Assembly (NCBI GenBank): GCA_050633305.1
Contig: JBOEGF010000010.1
Location: 832,001-896,000 of the forward strand
DNA length: 64,000 bases
Source: Nannocystales bacterium
GTDB lineage: Bacteria > Myxococcota_A > Polyangia > Nannocystales > Nannocystaceae
Direction: 5' to 3'
The notes beneath the pieces were generated by a model that saw only the letters and a list, made by a program, of their open reading frames with translations, searched no databases and had not been told where the DNA came from. The position numbers were made by a program, and so were the translations under genes. The stretch's first letter is position 1, and each line of letters opens with the position of its first letter. Below, in pieces: positions 40,046 to 49,018 of the stretch.

Positions 40046-40747
40046 ATGTCGGAGAGCCATGGCGCCAACCCCTACGCTCCCCCGGTCGATGACGCTGCGC
40101 CGCAGAGCCTCGTTGCAGGGGCCGTGGGGTATCGCGACCAAGGAACTCGGCTGTCGGTCGTCGGAGTGTTCCTCGCTCTCTTCGTACTCGCCAGCCTTGC
40201 GTCCATGTGGTCGTGCATGGCTGCCAACGAGTTCGTGCCGGCTGTGTTCTCGATCCTCGAGCCGCGCGAGCTCGGGCAACAAGGGATAGACGTCCTGCGC
40301 GTTGTCTCGGTTTGCGGGGTTCTGCTCTCCGCCATCGCGATCGGAGCGTTCTTGGTACGGGCCAATCACAACGCCCGCGCCCTGGGTGGGCCTGAACACG
40401 GGATGACCGTCAGCCCGGGATGGACGGTTGGGTGGTTCTTCATTCCTTTCGCCAACTGGGTCCGCCCGTACCAGGCGGTCAGGGAAATCTGGAATGTCAG
40501 CGAACCGGAGCGCAGCGGACCTGTGGCCCTGTGGTGGGGGCTTTGGCTTACCGTGTCGTTCGGTGGTCGAGTTGTGGCTCGGATCTCCAACACTGCCGAG
40601 ACGTGGGAGGAGATCGCTCGAGCCAACTGGCTGAACTTCGTCCACAGCGGCGTCTCGATCGCGGCCGCGGTCGCGGTGTTCCTCGTGGTCCGTGGCCTTC
40701 ACGAGAATCAACAGCGGCACGTTTCACGATTGCAACGCGCGGACTGA
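40046..40747 (+). CDS. DUF4328-like membrane protein
   Basis: NPYAPP; RANHNARAL; SPGWTVGWFFIPFANWVRPYQAVREIW; LWWGLW. Confidence 0.8.
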   Translation: MSESHGANPYAPPVDDAAPQSLVAGAVGYRDQGTRLSVVGVFLALFVLASLASMWSCMAANEFVPAVFSILEPRELGQQGIDVLRVVSVCGVLLSAIAIGAFLVRANHNARALGGPEHGMTVSPGWTVGWFFIPFANWVRPYQAVREIWNVSEPERSGPVALWWGLWLTVSFGGRVVARISNTAETWEEIARANWLNFVHSGVSIAAAVAVFLVVRGLHENQQRHVSRLQRAD

Positions 40748-41296
40748 GCTGCAGCCTCGTCTTGGGTCGGTGTGCCCTGATCGCCGACCGCTGTCGGGTC
40801 AGCGTGTGGCAAGCGGGCGGGGTGCCGAGAGCAACCGGACCGCGACGCATCCGAGGCGTGGTGGTTGCAGCGATGAGGCATCTTTCCTCGACAAAATCTT
40901 GAGGCGCTCCCGGGCCGTCCCTTGAGTCCGGGAAAAATCAGCCGTTTACAAACGGGCGTCGCAGAACCTCGAATGTGAGGCAACGCGCGCATTTCTGAGC
41001 GCCTCCGACCTCGCGCCGAGAACCTTCGGCCCTTAAAAACGAATGATTCCAAAGCCATGGGCGGAGCTGTGGGGTTTGTTCCTGGTCCGGCCCAATCGCG
41101 GCGGCTAGCCTGAATTCGTGGATGAACTCCGCACATGCCCAAACCACTTGCGACTTCCGTCGGGTTGGTCCGTCGAAAAGAGCAGGCGGGCGATGAAGGT
41201 TTGCACCGGGTCGTCGTCAGACCTCAAGCAGGCCGGGTAGGCACGAGTCACCCACTCCCCACTTAGCCTCTAGCCTCTCACGAAAAGGAACTAGCC

Positions 41297-41743
41297 ATGT
41301 ATCTGCGAAGAAACAAGGTGCGCTGCGGCGAGACTCGCCGAACCTACCTCTCCATTGCCCACAACGTCTGGTGGTCCGGCGACGGCACGAAAAAAGCCCA
41401 GAGCCGCCCCATCGTGGTCGCAAGCTTCGGCGTCGAAGACAAAGTCGATGTCGACCTCGCCCGCGACCTGGTCCAAGCCGTTGAGAAATGCGCTCCCCGC
41501 TACCCCTCCCGACGTGGTGAAGGCAAGCAGGTCACGATGCGGATCGCCCAAGAGATCCGCAAGATCGAGCCGTTCCTGAAGATGCTCGCCAGTCGCAAGC
41601 TGAACTTGGCCGAGCATCTGCCTCCGCACCCAGAGCGAGCAATGGTGCTCGAGGCACTCGTCCGAGATCGCCTGGCAGAGCCGACCACGGGCGCCCGCGA
41701 AGAAGAGATCATCGCGGACCTCAAGACCCGCTTCGCGATGTAG
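41297..41743 (+). CDS. Stand-alone protein resembling the N-terminal domain of IS1634-family transposases (no DDE domain)
   Basis: MYLR......G....YLSIAHN.W......SRP.VVASFG..D pattern; AAAAGGAA RBS at 41283-41290; own terminator. Confidence 0.7.
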   Translation: MYLRRNKVRCGETRRTYLSIAHNVWWSGDGTKKAQSRPIVVASFGVEDKVDVDLARDLVQAVEKCAPRYPSRRGEGKQVTMRIAQEIRKIEPFLKMLASRKLNLAEHLPPHPERAMVLEALVRDRLAEPTTGAREEEIIADLKTRFAM

Positions 41744-41763
41744 CGCCCCTCGGCGGTCTGCAA

Positions 41764-41796
41764 GCCTGCCCAACGCCTACCCAACGCCTACCCAAT
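41764..41796 (+). repeat. 11-bp tandem repeat GCCT(A/G)CCCAA(C/T) x3
   Basis: GCCTGCCCAAC-GCCTACCCAAC-GCCTACCCAAT. Confidence 0.8.
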
Positions 41797-41839
41797 GACA
41801 GAAGGCGTGACCCAGCATCTGCTGGTCACGCCTTTTGTC
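41797..41839 (+). terminator. Intrinsic (possibly bidirectional) terminator
   Basis: GACAGAAGGCGTGAC ... GTCACGCCTTTTGTC long inverted repeat between convergent genes. Confidence 0.75.
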
Positions 41840-41885
41840 GTTGGTTCGCGCTGAAGTCGGAGCTGAAGTCCGGGCGAGGGAGCGT

Positions 41886-43106
41886 CTACCCCAACAGCTC
41901 GACGATGAGCGACTCGGGCAGAGGGAGGTCGGGCTTACGAGAGACGAACACGTGCGGCGCGGAGCCGGTGCTGATCAGCGTGCCGTACCCGAGCCGAGGT
42001 CCGAGCACTTCGGCGACACGGACCGCTTTCCCACCCATCTCGCGCTCGGCAGAGATCTCCACGAACTGAGGCTTGGACAGGGGCGTGCTCTCGATGAAGA
42101 CCTCGCTGAGGAAGTCGACCTTCACCGCGACGTCGATGCGCCTGCCCTGGAGCTGTTCGGTGAGATCCCGGGGAACGCCCTCGGGCGCATCACCTTTGAG
42201 GGAGGAGACGATGAACGGACGAAGCTGGTCGGGCTCGGAGAGCTCGGCGTCGGGGGCGAGGGTGATTCCGAGGTCATCCTGGGCGACGCGGAGGCCGGCC
42301 TGGATCTCGACCGCTCGAGCGGCAGCTGCAGCCGTCTCTTCGGCGGACTCTCGTGCTCGGCGTTTGGCGTCTTCGGCAGCAAGCTCGGCAGCGGAGGGCT
42401 TGGGAGGCGCGGCAGGTGCCGCGGGGGAGCCTGGAGACTGCGCGTCTTGAGCCTGAGTTTGGCCCGGTTGTCCACCCTGGGCGTGTGCAGGTGCAGGTGC
42501 GCCGGCCGAGCCGTCTGCGCCCTCGGGTGGAACGCCACCCTCAGCAGCCGCAGCTTGTGCGGCCATCTCCTTGGCAAACAGGACTTGAAGCAGCTCCTGG
42601 TCGTCGCCGGTTGGCTCGAGCAGCTTGACGGCGACCTGAGGTCCGCCGGCGAACCCACCGTTGAGATCGGCGAGCGGGATACGAAGCTGCTCGCACAACT
42701 TCCCCAGGGGCCAGTCGCTGTCGGGCGTGCCCGCGGGGAACTTGTCGGCTCCGGCATCGTCGCCTGCCACGACCTGTCCCTGTGCGGCGACGATGAACCC
42801 CTCACGGCGATCGTCGGGAGTCGCACCGGGGTCGCCGTAGAACATGATGACCTGCCGAGGGAATGCGCGACTGGCCATCTGGACCAGGTCGGCGTTCTCG
42901 CGCCAGAACGCAGCGGGGTTTTCGTCGACGACCGAACCCGTGATGTTCATGAGGAACAGGGGCGCCTCGGGGTGTCGGGTGACGACCAACTGGGCGTCGA
43001 GGACGTTCCGCGCCTTGCCCACCAGCAGCTCGCCGAAGATCGACGCGAGCTGGGTGATCCGGAACATGTCCAGTGGGACGAGGAGACCTGCGTGGGGCGT
43101 GCTCAT
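41886..43106 (-). CDS. Hypothetical cytoplasmic protein (two globular regions with Ala/Pro/Gln linker)
   Basis: Long ORF with typical codon bias from ATG 43106 (or 43112); no recognised motif. Confidence 0.7.
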   Translation of the reverse strand: MSTPHAGLLVPLDMFRITQLASIFGELLVGKARNVLDAQLVVTRHPEAPLFLMNITGSVVDENPAAFWRENADLVQMASRAFPRQVIMFYGDPGATPDDRREGFIVAAQGQVVAGDDAGADKFPAGTPDSDWPLGKLCEQLRIPLADLNGGFAGGPQVAVKLLEPTGDDQELLQVLFAKEMAAQAAAAEGGVPPEGADGSAGAPAPAHAQGGQPGQTQAQDAQSPGSPAAPAAPPKPSAAELAAEDAKRRARESAEETAAAAARAVEIQAGLRVAQDDLGITLAPDAELSEPDQLRPFIVSSLKGDAPEGVPRDLTEQLQGRRIDVAVKVDFLSEVFIESTPLSKPQFVEISAEREMGGKAVRVAEVLGPRLGYGTLISTGSAPHVFVSRKPDLPLPESLIVELLG

Positions 43107-43167
43107 GTTCATGCCTTGGCGCCGCGGGGTCGCGGCGGGAAGAAACTGCCAGTCTGACGGGGGTTTG

Positions 43168-44823
43168 TCACCCTGCCCGATGGCGGGAGGTGACCTGGAC
43201 GCTCCCGGCAAAGGAGGCGTCGCGCGTGAGGTGCATGGGCTTGATCTGGGAGTCGCTGGCGCCGGCCGCAGTCCGCTGTTGCCGCAGCTTGGCGTAGGTC
43301 CCGGTCTCGACCACCCACAGCTCCGGGGCCGCGAGCCGCTGAGAGCCCCGCTTGGAGCCGTACTCGATGTTGTGCCGGTCCAATGCGGCGTCGAACGCCT
43401 TGGGGAAGGCGTCCAGCGCATCGGGGGCCCCGGTGTTGCGGAGCTCGAGGTACGCCACGTAACGCGGAAATCCCTCGGGGGCCGGGGCGACCGTGAACCC
43501 CTCGACTTCGAGGCCCAGCTCGCGGCTGCTGTCCTCGATGGCGGCTGTGACCTGGGTTTCGGTGAGCTTCTCCCCAGTGAGTGAGCAGGTTCGGCCGGCG
43601 CGGTGGAGAAACTCGATGATCGGCGCCTTGCGCTCGAACCCGCTGACGCGGATGACGTCGCCGATGTTGTAGCGATACAGGCCCGAGCCGTTGGTCAGGA
43701 TCAGGACGTAGGTCTTTCCGACCTCGACCTGGTGCGGAAGGAGTACGGTCGGGTTCGGCTTGTCGATCTCGTCCTCGGGAACGAACTCGTAGAAGTGCAA
43801 GCCGACACCACAAACGCCACCGCTTCCGCCGTCGCGCAGCGGGACACCCATGATGCCTTCGGAGGCCATCATCATGTAGTCGCGGCCCGCGACCCGATCT
43901 CCAAAGTGGGGGTCGAGCAGGTCGATGTACGGCTTGAGCATGGGCGAGCGCCAGCAGATCGCCAGCGAGAGGTCAGGCCACAGTCGGTGGGCCATGAGGC
44001 CGTCGCCGCCGGACTCGGCCGCGAGCGCTCGTAGGGCCTCGGCGCGGGCGGGGTTGCCCTTGTACGTCGCGGACACGAACTCGCGGACGACCTCGCTCAC
44101 CTCGACATCGCCCGAGAGCGTGCCGTGTTCGATGTCGTGGAACAGAGGCTCCGCAAACTCCTGGATCTTCTTGAAGAGCAGCAGGATCGTGCTGGGGTTG
44201 AGCGTCATGATGACGCTGAAACTCTCTTCGAGCAGAATGCGGGCCAGCGTGTAGTAGCGGGCGTTGGAGTCTTTGATCTGCGCGACCGGCTTGGGAATGA
44301 TCGGCGCTTTGCTCAGCTGCGTGGCCCGGGTGACGCCGGCCCAAAACGAACTCTCGGACCCGCATTCGATGCCGCCGGGCGTCTTTCCTGGGACGCCGGA
44401 GTCGGAGAAGTTCGTGATCATGCGGCCCTCCTTCGCGGCTGGGTGGTCGCCAAACACGGAGGACCAGTAGATCCCGAAGGCCCGAGATTTCGCCTGGATG
44501 AAGCGGGACGTGACGGGGATGTACTTGGGCTCGGAGGTGGAGCCCGAGGTCATGAAGAACCGCTTGACCCGGTCTTTGGTCAGGATGCCCTGCTCACCGT
44601 CCTGGACGATGCGGCGGATCGCGTCGGCAAACCCGTCGTACTTTTGGATCGGGACGGCGCGCTGGTACTCGGCGACCGAGCTGATCTTGTCGAACCCGTG
44701 CGCCCGGCCAAACTCGCAATCGCGGTTGGGCTCGAGTGTCTTCTTGAGTAGGACGGTCGACTGCGTTGCCTCGGGGTCGTCGAGGCCCTCGAGGAAGAGC
44801 TGCGCTTCTCGGGATGCGAACAT
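43168..44823 (-). CDS. GH3-family acyl-adenylate/amido synthetase
   Basis: EFGRAHGF..I.S..EY...VP, TSGSTSEPKYIP, ASEG, FYEFVP, LILTNGSGLYRYNIGDVI, GEKLTE. Confidence 0.9.
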   Translation of the reverse strand: MFASREAQLFLEGLDDPEATQSTVLLKKTLEPNRDCEFGRAHGFDKISSVAEYQRAVPIQKYDGFADAIRRIVQDGEQGILTKDRVKRFFMTSGSTSEPKYIPVTSRFIQAKSRAFGIYWSSVFGDHPAAKEGRMITNFSDSGVPGKTPGGIECGSESSFWAGVTRATQLSKAPIIPKPVAQIKDSNARYYTLARILLEESFSVIMTLNPSTILLLFKKIQEFAEPLFHDIEHGTLSGDVEVSEVVREFVSATYKGNPARAEALRALAAESGGDGLMAHRLWPDLSLAICWRSPMLKPYIDLLDPHFGDRVAGRDYMMMASEGIMGVPLRDGGSGGVCGVGLHFYEFVPEDEIDKPNPTVLLPHQVEVGKTYVLILTNGSGLYRYNIGDVIRVSGFERKAPIIEFLHRAGRTCSLTGEKLTETQVTAAIEDSSRELGLEVEGFTVAPAPEGFPRYVAYLELRNTGAPDALDAFPKAFDAALDRHNIEYGSKRGSQRLAAPELWVVETGTYAKLRQQRTAAGASDSQIKPMHLTRDASFAGSVQVTSRHRAG

Positions 44824-44880
44824 GACAAAGGGGGCCCACGCTTGGCGCGGACCCCCGGACTCTACGACAAGCGGCGGGTG

Positions 44881-47010
44881 CTAGCAGCCGCACTCGGCGG
44901 TGTTGTTGGCGGCGTTGACACACGCCGCATCCCAGTTGCTCGAGCAGCAGAAAGGATAGTCGTTGCACACGGCGGTGACGCAGGGCGTACACCCGGGGAC
45001 GAGGGCCTCGCCCTGGCTACACGCGTCGTGACTGCAGTCGTTCTCGAAGTTGGCCCCCTGTGCGATCCACTGGATGATCAGCTGCATGTCGGGGTGGTCT
45101 GTCGTGGCAAATGCGTTGACCGGGTGGGTATCCGGGTCGTCCGGAGCGTCGGTGAGCGGGAAGCTGACGAGCTTGGAGTTGAGGATGTCGTCGGTGCAGA
45201 TGCGCACCGGGTCGTCGGGGTTGGGGCAGGTGGTGCCCGGGCCGACGAGCAGGTCGTAGACAGACTGAGGGTCGAGGGACCAGTCGGCGTTGAAGCCGGC
45301 GGTGACGGCCTCTGCTGGTCCGCCGCCGGTGTGGCAAGCCACGCAGCCGTGCTGCTCGAACAGCGGGTAGACATCTTCCACGAAGCTGATCGCGGCAGGC
45401 GGCTGTGCGCCTTGTTCGATCCACTCCAACATGATCTGGACCATCGGGGATTCGATCGACGTGAAGATGTCGACCGGGTGAACATCGGGCATCCCCGGGA
45501 GGTCGGTCAGCGGTCGCTGGACGAACAGGGACGCCTCGGGGTTGTCGGTGCAGATTCGGACGGGATTGTCGGTGTCGGGGCACTCGGTTCCGGGCCCTAC
45601 GAGGAGCTCCCAGACCTCGCGTGGGGAAAGGCTCCAGTCGGCTTGGAACCCGTCTCGAACGGCGCCGGGAGGACCGCCCGCGGTGTGGCAGTCGACACAG
45701 CCGTAGGTCTGGAAGACCGGGTAGACGTCGATCGCGAAGTCGCGGGTGATGGGCTCGTCGTTGCGAACCATGTCGACCACGCCGATGTTTCCACTGGAGG
45801 AGAACGTCGTGTATTGCTCGTTGAAGCCCGAGGCCGAGACACTGAGCTGCCCCTGGCCGAATCCGGCGCTGCTACGCAGGCGGAACATGACGAACCGCCC
45901 CGTGTCGTTCGAGAAGTCGTCGTCGGTCCCGACATAGGTCCCGCTGTCCACGTCGGCATCGAGGAAGCAGACCTCGGTCGGCTCGGTGTCCTCGTCGAGA
46001 AGGTTGTCTTGGAAGTTGGACCACTCGCCCAGGCGAGCTCGTAGCGCTGCCTTGGTGACGGTCTCGATGCCCTTTCCATCGCTGTCGACGAGCTGTCCAA
46101 ACAGTGTTGAGCGCTGGATGAAGTACGGGTTGACCGAGCCGTCCCCGATCGCCTCCTCGAGCGTGGGGAACAGCCCGCATTCGAAGGCGACTTGAGCCAT
46201 CCATTCGTAGGGAACGACCGGGACATCCACGGTGTGCGGCTGATCGTTTGGAACCTGGGTGCTGATTCGGGAGGTCAGCGCAGCTGGAACGACGACCGAT
46301 GCGTCCTGGTCGTACACGGGCTGCAGGTCGACAAGCGTTCCGGGGACGAGGCCCTCGAACTCGTAGATCCCATCGGCCATGGTCGGCTCGGCGGCCGGGG
46401 CGTCGAGGACGTTGGTGATCTGAACCGTGGCGTCGGCCAGTGGCGTCTGATCGATCGTGGAGTAGTCGTAGACGACCCCGCGGACGGTCACCGCTTCGAG
46501 GAGGCACTCACCGTCGGACTGGCAGACTCCGCTGGGGCATTGGTTGTCGTCGGTGCATGCGACACATTCGTTCTCGACACACGCACTCTGCGTGGTGTCG
46601 CAGAAGGAAAGGTCGCTGTCGGTGCACGCGACGCAGAGCCCGCCGTCGTCGTTGCAGACCGGGGTGTCAGAGTCGACATCGGCGCAATCGAGCCCGGTGC
46701 AGTCGACGCAGCTTCCGTTGGAGCAATACGGCGTGGAGTCGGGGCAGGATGTGTCGATGGCATCCACCGCCGAACACTCGTCGGACCCTTCCGTGGTGTC
46801 CGCAGACGTCTCATTCGTCGTCGGGCCGTCGGTGGTCGCCTCCGTGTCTCCCGTCGTCAGAGGCGACGTGGGATCCGTCGAAGAGCCACCGGCGGTGTCT
46901 GTATCGGTGTCGACTGCGGCTGGAGGATCGGGGTTGAAGCAAGCGGAAGCAACGAAGGCAAGTCCGCCAAGGGCTCCGAACGAGGTGCGGCGTCGAAGGT
47001 CCGATGACAT
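44881..47010 (-). CDS. Lipoprotein with Cys-rich region, carboxypeptidase-regulatory-like domain and two tandem c-type cytochrome domains
   Basis: FVASA-C lipobox; GCVDCH and GCVACH each in an F..DVYP.F...WI.QGA domain; C-terminal CC...WD..CV module. Confidence 0.82.
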   Translation of the reverse strand: MSSDLRRRTSFGALGGLAFVASACFNPDPPAAVDTDTDTAGGSSTDPTSPLTTGDTEATTDGPTTNETSADTTEGSDECSAVDAIDTSCPDSTPYCSNGSCVDCTGLDCADVDSDTPVCNDDGGLCVACTDSDLSFCDTTQSACVENECVACTDDNQCPSGVCQSDGECLLEAVTVRGVVYDYSTIDQTPLADATVQITNVLDAPAAEPTMADGIYEFEGLVPGTLVDLQPVYDQDASVVVPAALTSRISTQVPNDQPHTVDVPVVPYEWMAQVAFECGLFPTLEEAIGDGSVNPYFIQRSTLFGQLVDSDGKGIETVTKAALRARLGEWSNFQDNLLDEDTEPTEVCFLDADVDSGTYVGTDDDFSNDTGRFVMFRLRSSAGFGQGQLSVSASGFNEQYTTFSSSGNIGVVDMVRNDEPITRDFAIDVYPVFQTYGCVDCHTAGGPPGAVRDGFQADWSLSPREVWELLVGPGTECPDTDNPVRICTDNPEASLFVQRPLTDLPGMPDVHPVDIFTSIESPMVQIMLEWIEQGAQPPAAISFVEDVYPLFEQHGCVACHTGGGPAEAVTAGFNADWSLDPQSVYDLLVGPGTTCPNPDDPVRICTDDILNSKLVSFPLTDAPDDPDTHPVNAFATTDHPDMQLIIQWIAQGANFENDCSHDACSQGEALVPGCTPCVTAVCNDYPFCCSSNWDAACVNAANNTAECGC

Positions 47011-47070
47011 TGATGACAGCGTACCGCAGAATCTGCCGGTGAATGGTCCCGGCGCGATTGCAGCGGCGGC

Positions 47071-47742
47071 CTAGATCGCACCAAGAACCGCGACCGACAC
47101 CTGCCACCGGTCTGCATCGGGACGGGGTTGAATCCGGCCGACCGCCAGCGTGGAGCCTCCGCTGATGGTGCACGTCTTGAGATCGAGCGTGTCGCTGCTG
47201 CTCGACCACGCCCCGGTACACAGGTATCCGAGGGTCTCGAGGGCCTCCGCGGCGATTTCGCGGCTCTTCGCGACATCGAGTTCGGGCGCGACGAACCCAA
47301 TGATCCCCTCCGCGCTGAGCTCGAGGGTGAGCGCGACCCCCTTCACACGCACCGGTGGGTAGAGGTAGCAGACTCGGACCTCACCGTGACGCGTTTGCCG
47401 GGGAATGGGCTCGACCTCGCACCACTTGGTTGCGAGCTCGGCGAGGACGTCCGGACTGGGCGCGGTGGTGAGGACGTCGGTCGTTCGCGTGAGGAGCTCC
47501 TCGACCCGAGCCCACCCTTGCTTGGGCGGTGCAGCTCTCGACCCCTCGTCCGCGCCCTCGGACGGGACTTCGCCTTCGCCTCCGCTGGGGTCGGACGGGC
47601 CGGACGCGTCGGGGTTCCAAGCGCGACGCACCCTGGCTTCTCGCTGCGCGGCACACCCGGCGAGGAGAACGGCTGCAAGAGTGCCGAGGCGAGGGAGGGC
47701 CGCCAGGTTCCAGCCGGTGCGGCTAGAGCATCTCACGACCAC
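47071..47742 (-). CDS. Hypothetical lipoprotein
   Basis: AVLLAG-C lipobox; overlaps hutF end; start uncertain. Confidence 0.65.
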   Translation of the reverse strand: MVVRCSSRTGWNLAALPRLGTLAAVLLAGCAAQREARVRRAWNPDASGPSDPSGGEGEVPSEGADEGSRAAPPKQGWARVEELLTRTTDVLTTAPSPDVLAELATKWCEVEPIPRQTRHGEVRVCYLYPPVRVKGVALTLELSAEGIIGFVAPELDVAKSREIAAEALETLGYLCTGAWSSSSDTLDLKTCTISGGSTLAVGRIQPRPDADRWQVSVAVLGAI

Positions 47743-49018
47743 CGACCATCACCTGACGCAGGGGGGTGGAGGTCCCGGCGCTGAACAACGCATCCATGGC
47801 GTGCTCGGGCGGGACATGGGCGAAGAATGGATCCTCCAGGTCGATGACAACGGCATCGAAGGGGTCCCCGATCCGGAGGTCGCCGCCTGTGGATCCGAGT
47901 GCATGGGCGCCACCGAGGCTTGCCGCTTTTGCGAGCACGGGCCCGAGCGCACCGGATTCGTCGTTGAGCCGACAACGCGCGCCTCGGGCGAGGCGGTCGT
48001 GCATCTCGAGCAGTCGGGCTTCCTGGATGAGGTCGATGACCGCATTGCTGTCGCTGCCCAGGCACAGCGTGGTGCCGCCGGACAGCAGGCGCGCTGCGTC
48101 GAGGATGCCGTCTCCGAGATCGGCCTCGGTGGTTGGACACGCGCAGACGTTTTGCGTGGTCAGCCGATCGAAGTCGTCGTCTCGCAGGTGGGTTGCATGG
48201 ACGGCGGTGAAGGAGCGAGCCCGCTCGAACGCTCCGCAGGATTCGAACACGCCAGCTGGCGTGGTGCCGTGCTCGGCGAGGCACTCCTCGTTCTCGCGCG
48301 GCTGCTCGCTGAGGTGCGTGTGCATGACGAGGTCGTGCTGCCGAGCGTACTCGACGAGCTCCTGGATCTGCGGTGCGCTTGCGGCTCGAATGCTGTGTGG
48401 GGTGATGCCCACGTCGACACCGGCGACGCGCAGTGCGTCGACCCGCTCCAGGTACTTGTCGACGCCGCCATCGCAAAACCGTCGCTGTTCGGCGAGCGGA
48501 GGGCGTCCAGCTCCCGCACGGTCGTAGAACACCTCGAGCAAGGTGAGTCGAATCCCGACGTCGCGGGCGGCCCGGACCACCGCCCACGAGAGCTCGTTCG
48601 GGTCGTCGTACGGCGTGCCGTCGGGTTGATGGTGTACATAGTGGAACTCGCCCACGCGGGTGATTCCGGACCGCAACATCTCGGCGAACGCGGCCTTGGT
48701 GATCGCGTAGAGCCCCTCGGGATCGAGAGCACCCGCGGCCTCATACATCGCGGTCCTCCACGACCAGAAGCTGTTCTCGCCGGGCATGCGGCGGTGGGTT
48801 TGGCCTCGAATGCGACGTTGGAACGCGTGCGAGTGCGCGTTGACAAAGCCTGGGAGCACCAGCGCGGCCCCGAAGCTGCGGCGTAGCGCAGCTTCGTCGT
48901 GCTCGCCGGCTTCGCCCACCCCGGTCACGAGGCCGTCGGCGCCCACGTCGATGCGGACGTCGCGACGGAGCGCTCCGCCCACGAACGCCCAGGGCACGTC
49001 GTAGGCAGTCGGCGTCAA
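47723..49018 (-). CDS. hutF: Formimidoylglutamate deiminase
   Basis: PGFVNAHSHAFQR, FWSWR..MY, VGEFHYVHH, PHSIRA, HLSEQPRE, CPTTEADLGDG, LGSDS; TTG start overlapping upstream TGA. Confidence 0.9.
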   Translation of the reverse strand: MTPTAYDVPWAFVGGALRRDVRIDVGADGLVTGVGEAGEHDEAALRRSFGAALVLPGFVNAHSHAFQRRIRGQTHRRMPGENSFWSWRTAMYEAAGALDPEGLYAITKAAFAEMLRSGITRVGEFHYVHHQPDGTPYDDPNELSWAVVRAARDVGIRLTLLEVFYDRAGAGRPPLAEQRRFCDGGVDKYLERVDALRVAGVDVGITPHSIRAASAPQIQELVEYARQHDLVMHTHLSEQPRENEECLAEHGTTPAGVFESCGAFERARSFTAVHATHLRDDDFDRLTTQNVCACPTTEADLGDGILDAARLLSGGTTLCLGSDSNAVIDLIQEARLLEMHDRLARGARCRLNDESGALGPVLAKAASLGGAHALGSTGGDLRIGDPFDAVVIDLEDPFFAHVPPEHAMDALFSAGTSTPLRQVMVGGREML

